NCBI RefSeq assembly: GCF_001194135.2
Contig: NC_068990.1
Span: 33,342,034 to 33,406,033, forward strand
Length of the DNA: 64,000 nucleotides
Source: Octopus bimaculoides
Taxonomy: Eukaryota
Direction of reading: 5' to 3'
Made by a program: the position numbers and the translations under genes. Below, piece by piece: positions 63,435-64,000 of this stretch; positions within the stretch are counted from its first letter, which is position 1, and every line of letters starts with the position of its first letter. The notes below the pieces were generated by a model. It saw only the letters and a list, made by a program, of their open reading frames with translations. It was not told the DNA's origin and did not search any database.

Positions 63435-63641
63435 CCATTTTGTCGCCATATTTCTGGTGAACTACATTGCCTTTTGTTTCCGTTAATTTAGACAATAATG
63501 AAAAATTTACACAATTAATTTTGTCATTATGAAGTTTGTGTTTGGAGCAGAAATCAACATAAAATTTTGATGGCAAGTTTTAACTTAGATCGCTTTAAAA
63601 CAGAATGTTTGTATCATAGAAGCAGGGGTGCTCTCAGTTGG
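63435..63641. mobile_element. Possible piggyBac-type MITE
   Basis: TTAA-CC...GG-TTAA ends; TIRs otherwise decayed. Confidence 0.35.
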
Positions 63642-63735
63642 TTAAATTAATGTGTAAGTAGTTGAGTATTCCATAGACACTTGTACTTTTAATGTTATCC
63701 TCAAGCAGAATCAACATGACATGTGACAAGGTCAG

Positions 63736-63999
63736 TGTTATATGGACTGTTAGATATGTAATTCGTCTGACGTTCCGTGTGTCATGTGGTTCGTCTGAGT
63801 TCATTGTTTCATTGTTGTTGTCTTGTGTGACTGTCGGAGTAAAATGTCATTGATATATATATGGCGGACATGACTTTTGTTTATTCATAACGAACATTGG
63901 GTGAGTGCGTTCTTTGTATGTAATTGAACAATAAATGTAATAATTAAATTGTATAACTCGTTGTGTTATCTCTGCGAGTCACCCGAGGGAAACATAACA
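63736..63999 (+). mobile_element. Long terminal repeat (264 bp), probably young
   Basis: TGTTAT...ATAACA inverted termini, tatatata TATA-like box at ~63852, AATAAA at ~63930, and CpG content well above the flanks. Confidence 0.65.
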
Positions 64000-64000
64000 G

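Overview
AT-rich animal genomic DNA from a scaffolded assembly with seven N gaps, dominated by microsatellites and decayed transposable elements. The SINE types and repeat landscape look like an octopus or related coleoid cephalopod; this is pattern recognition, not a database result. No intact protein-coding gene is visible, and nearly all long ORFs in the track are translations of simple repeats, N runs or TE relics. The window reads as a large intron or intergenic interval. Recognisable elements: many tRNA-derived SINEs from at least four families; R4/Dong-type (restriction-like endonuclease) and RTE non-LTR fragments; Penelope-like RT/GIY-YIG relics and terminal repeats carrying decayed minimal hammerhead ribozyme motifs; a degenerate Ty3/Gypsy gag-protease-RT; a young-looking LTR at the right edge; a Chapaev3-like element with exact TAA target-site duplications; mariner, Tc1, hAT and piggyBac-type MITEs; a maT-like transposase relic; and a DINE-1-like element. 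A few isolated exon candidates exist (30-140 minus; 16597-16739 and 29023-29039 plus). I cannot support a new biological system. The best leads are a perfect 80-bp inverted identity 5 kb apart (40563-40642 / 45689-45768), the hammerhead-like motifs, and a pre-miRNA-like hairpin (14743-14805).
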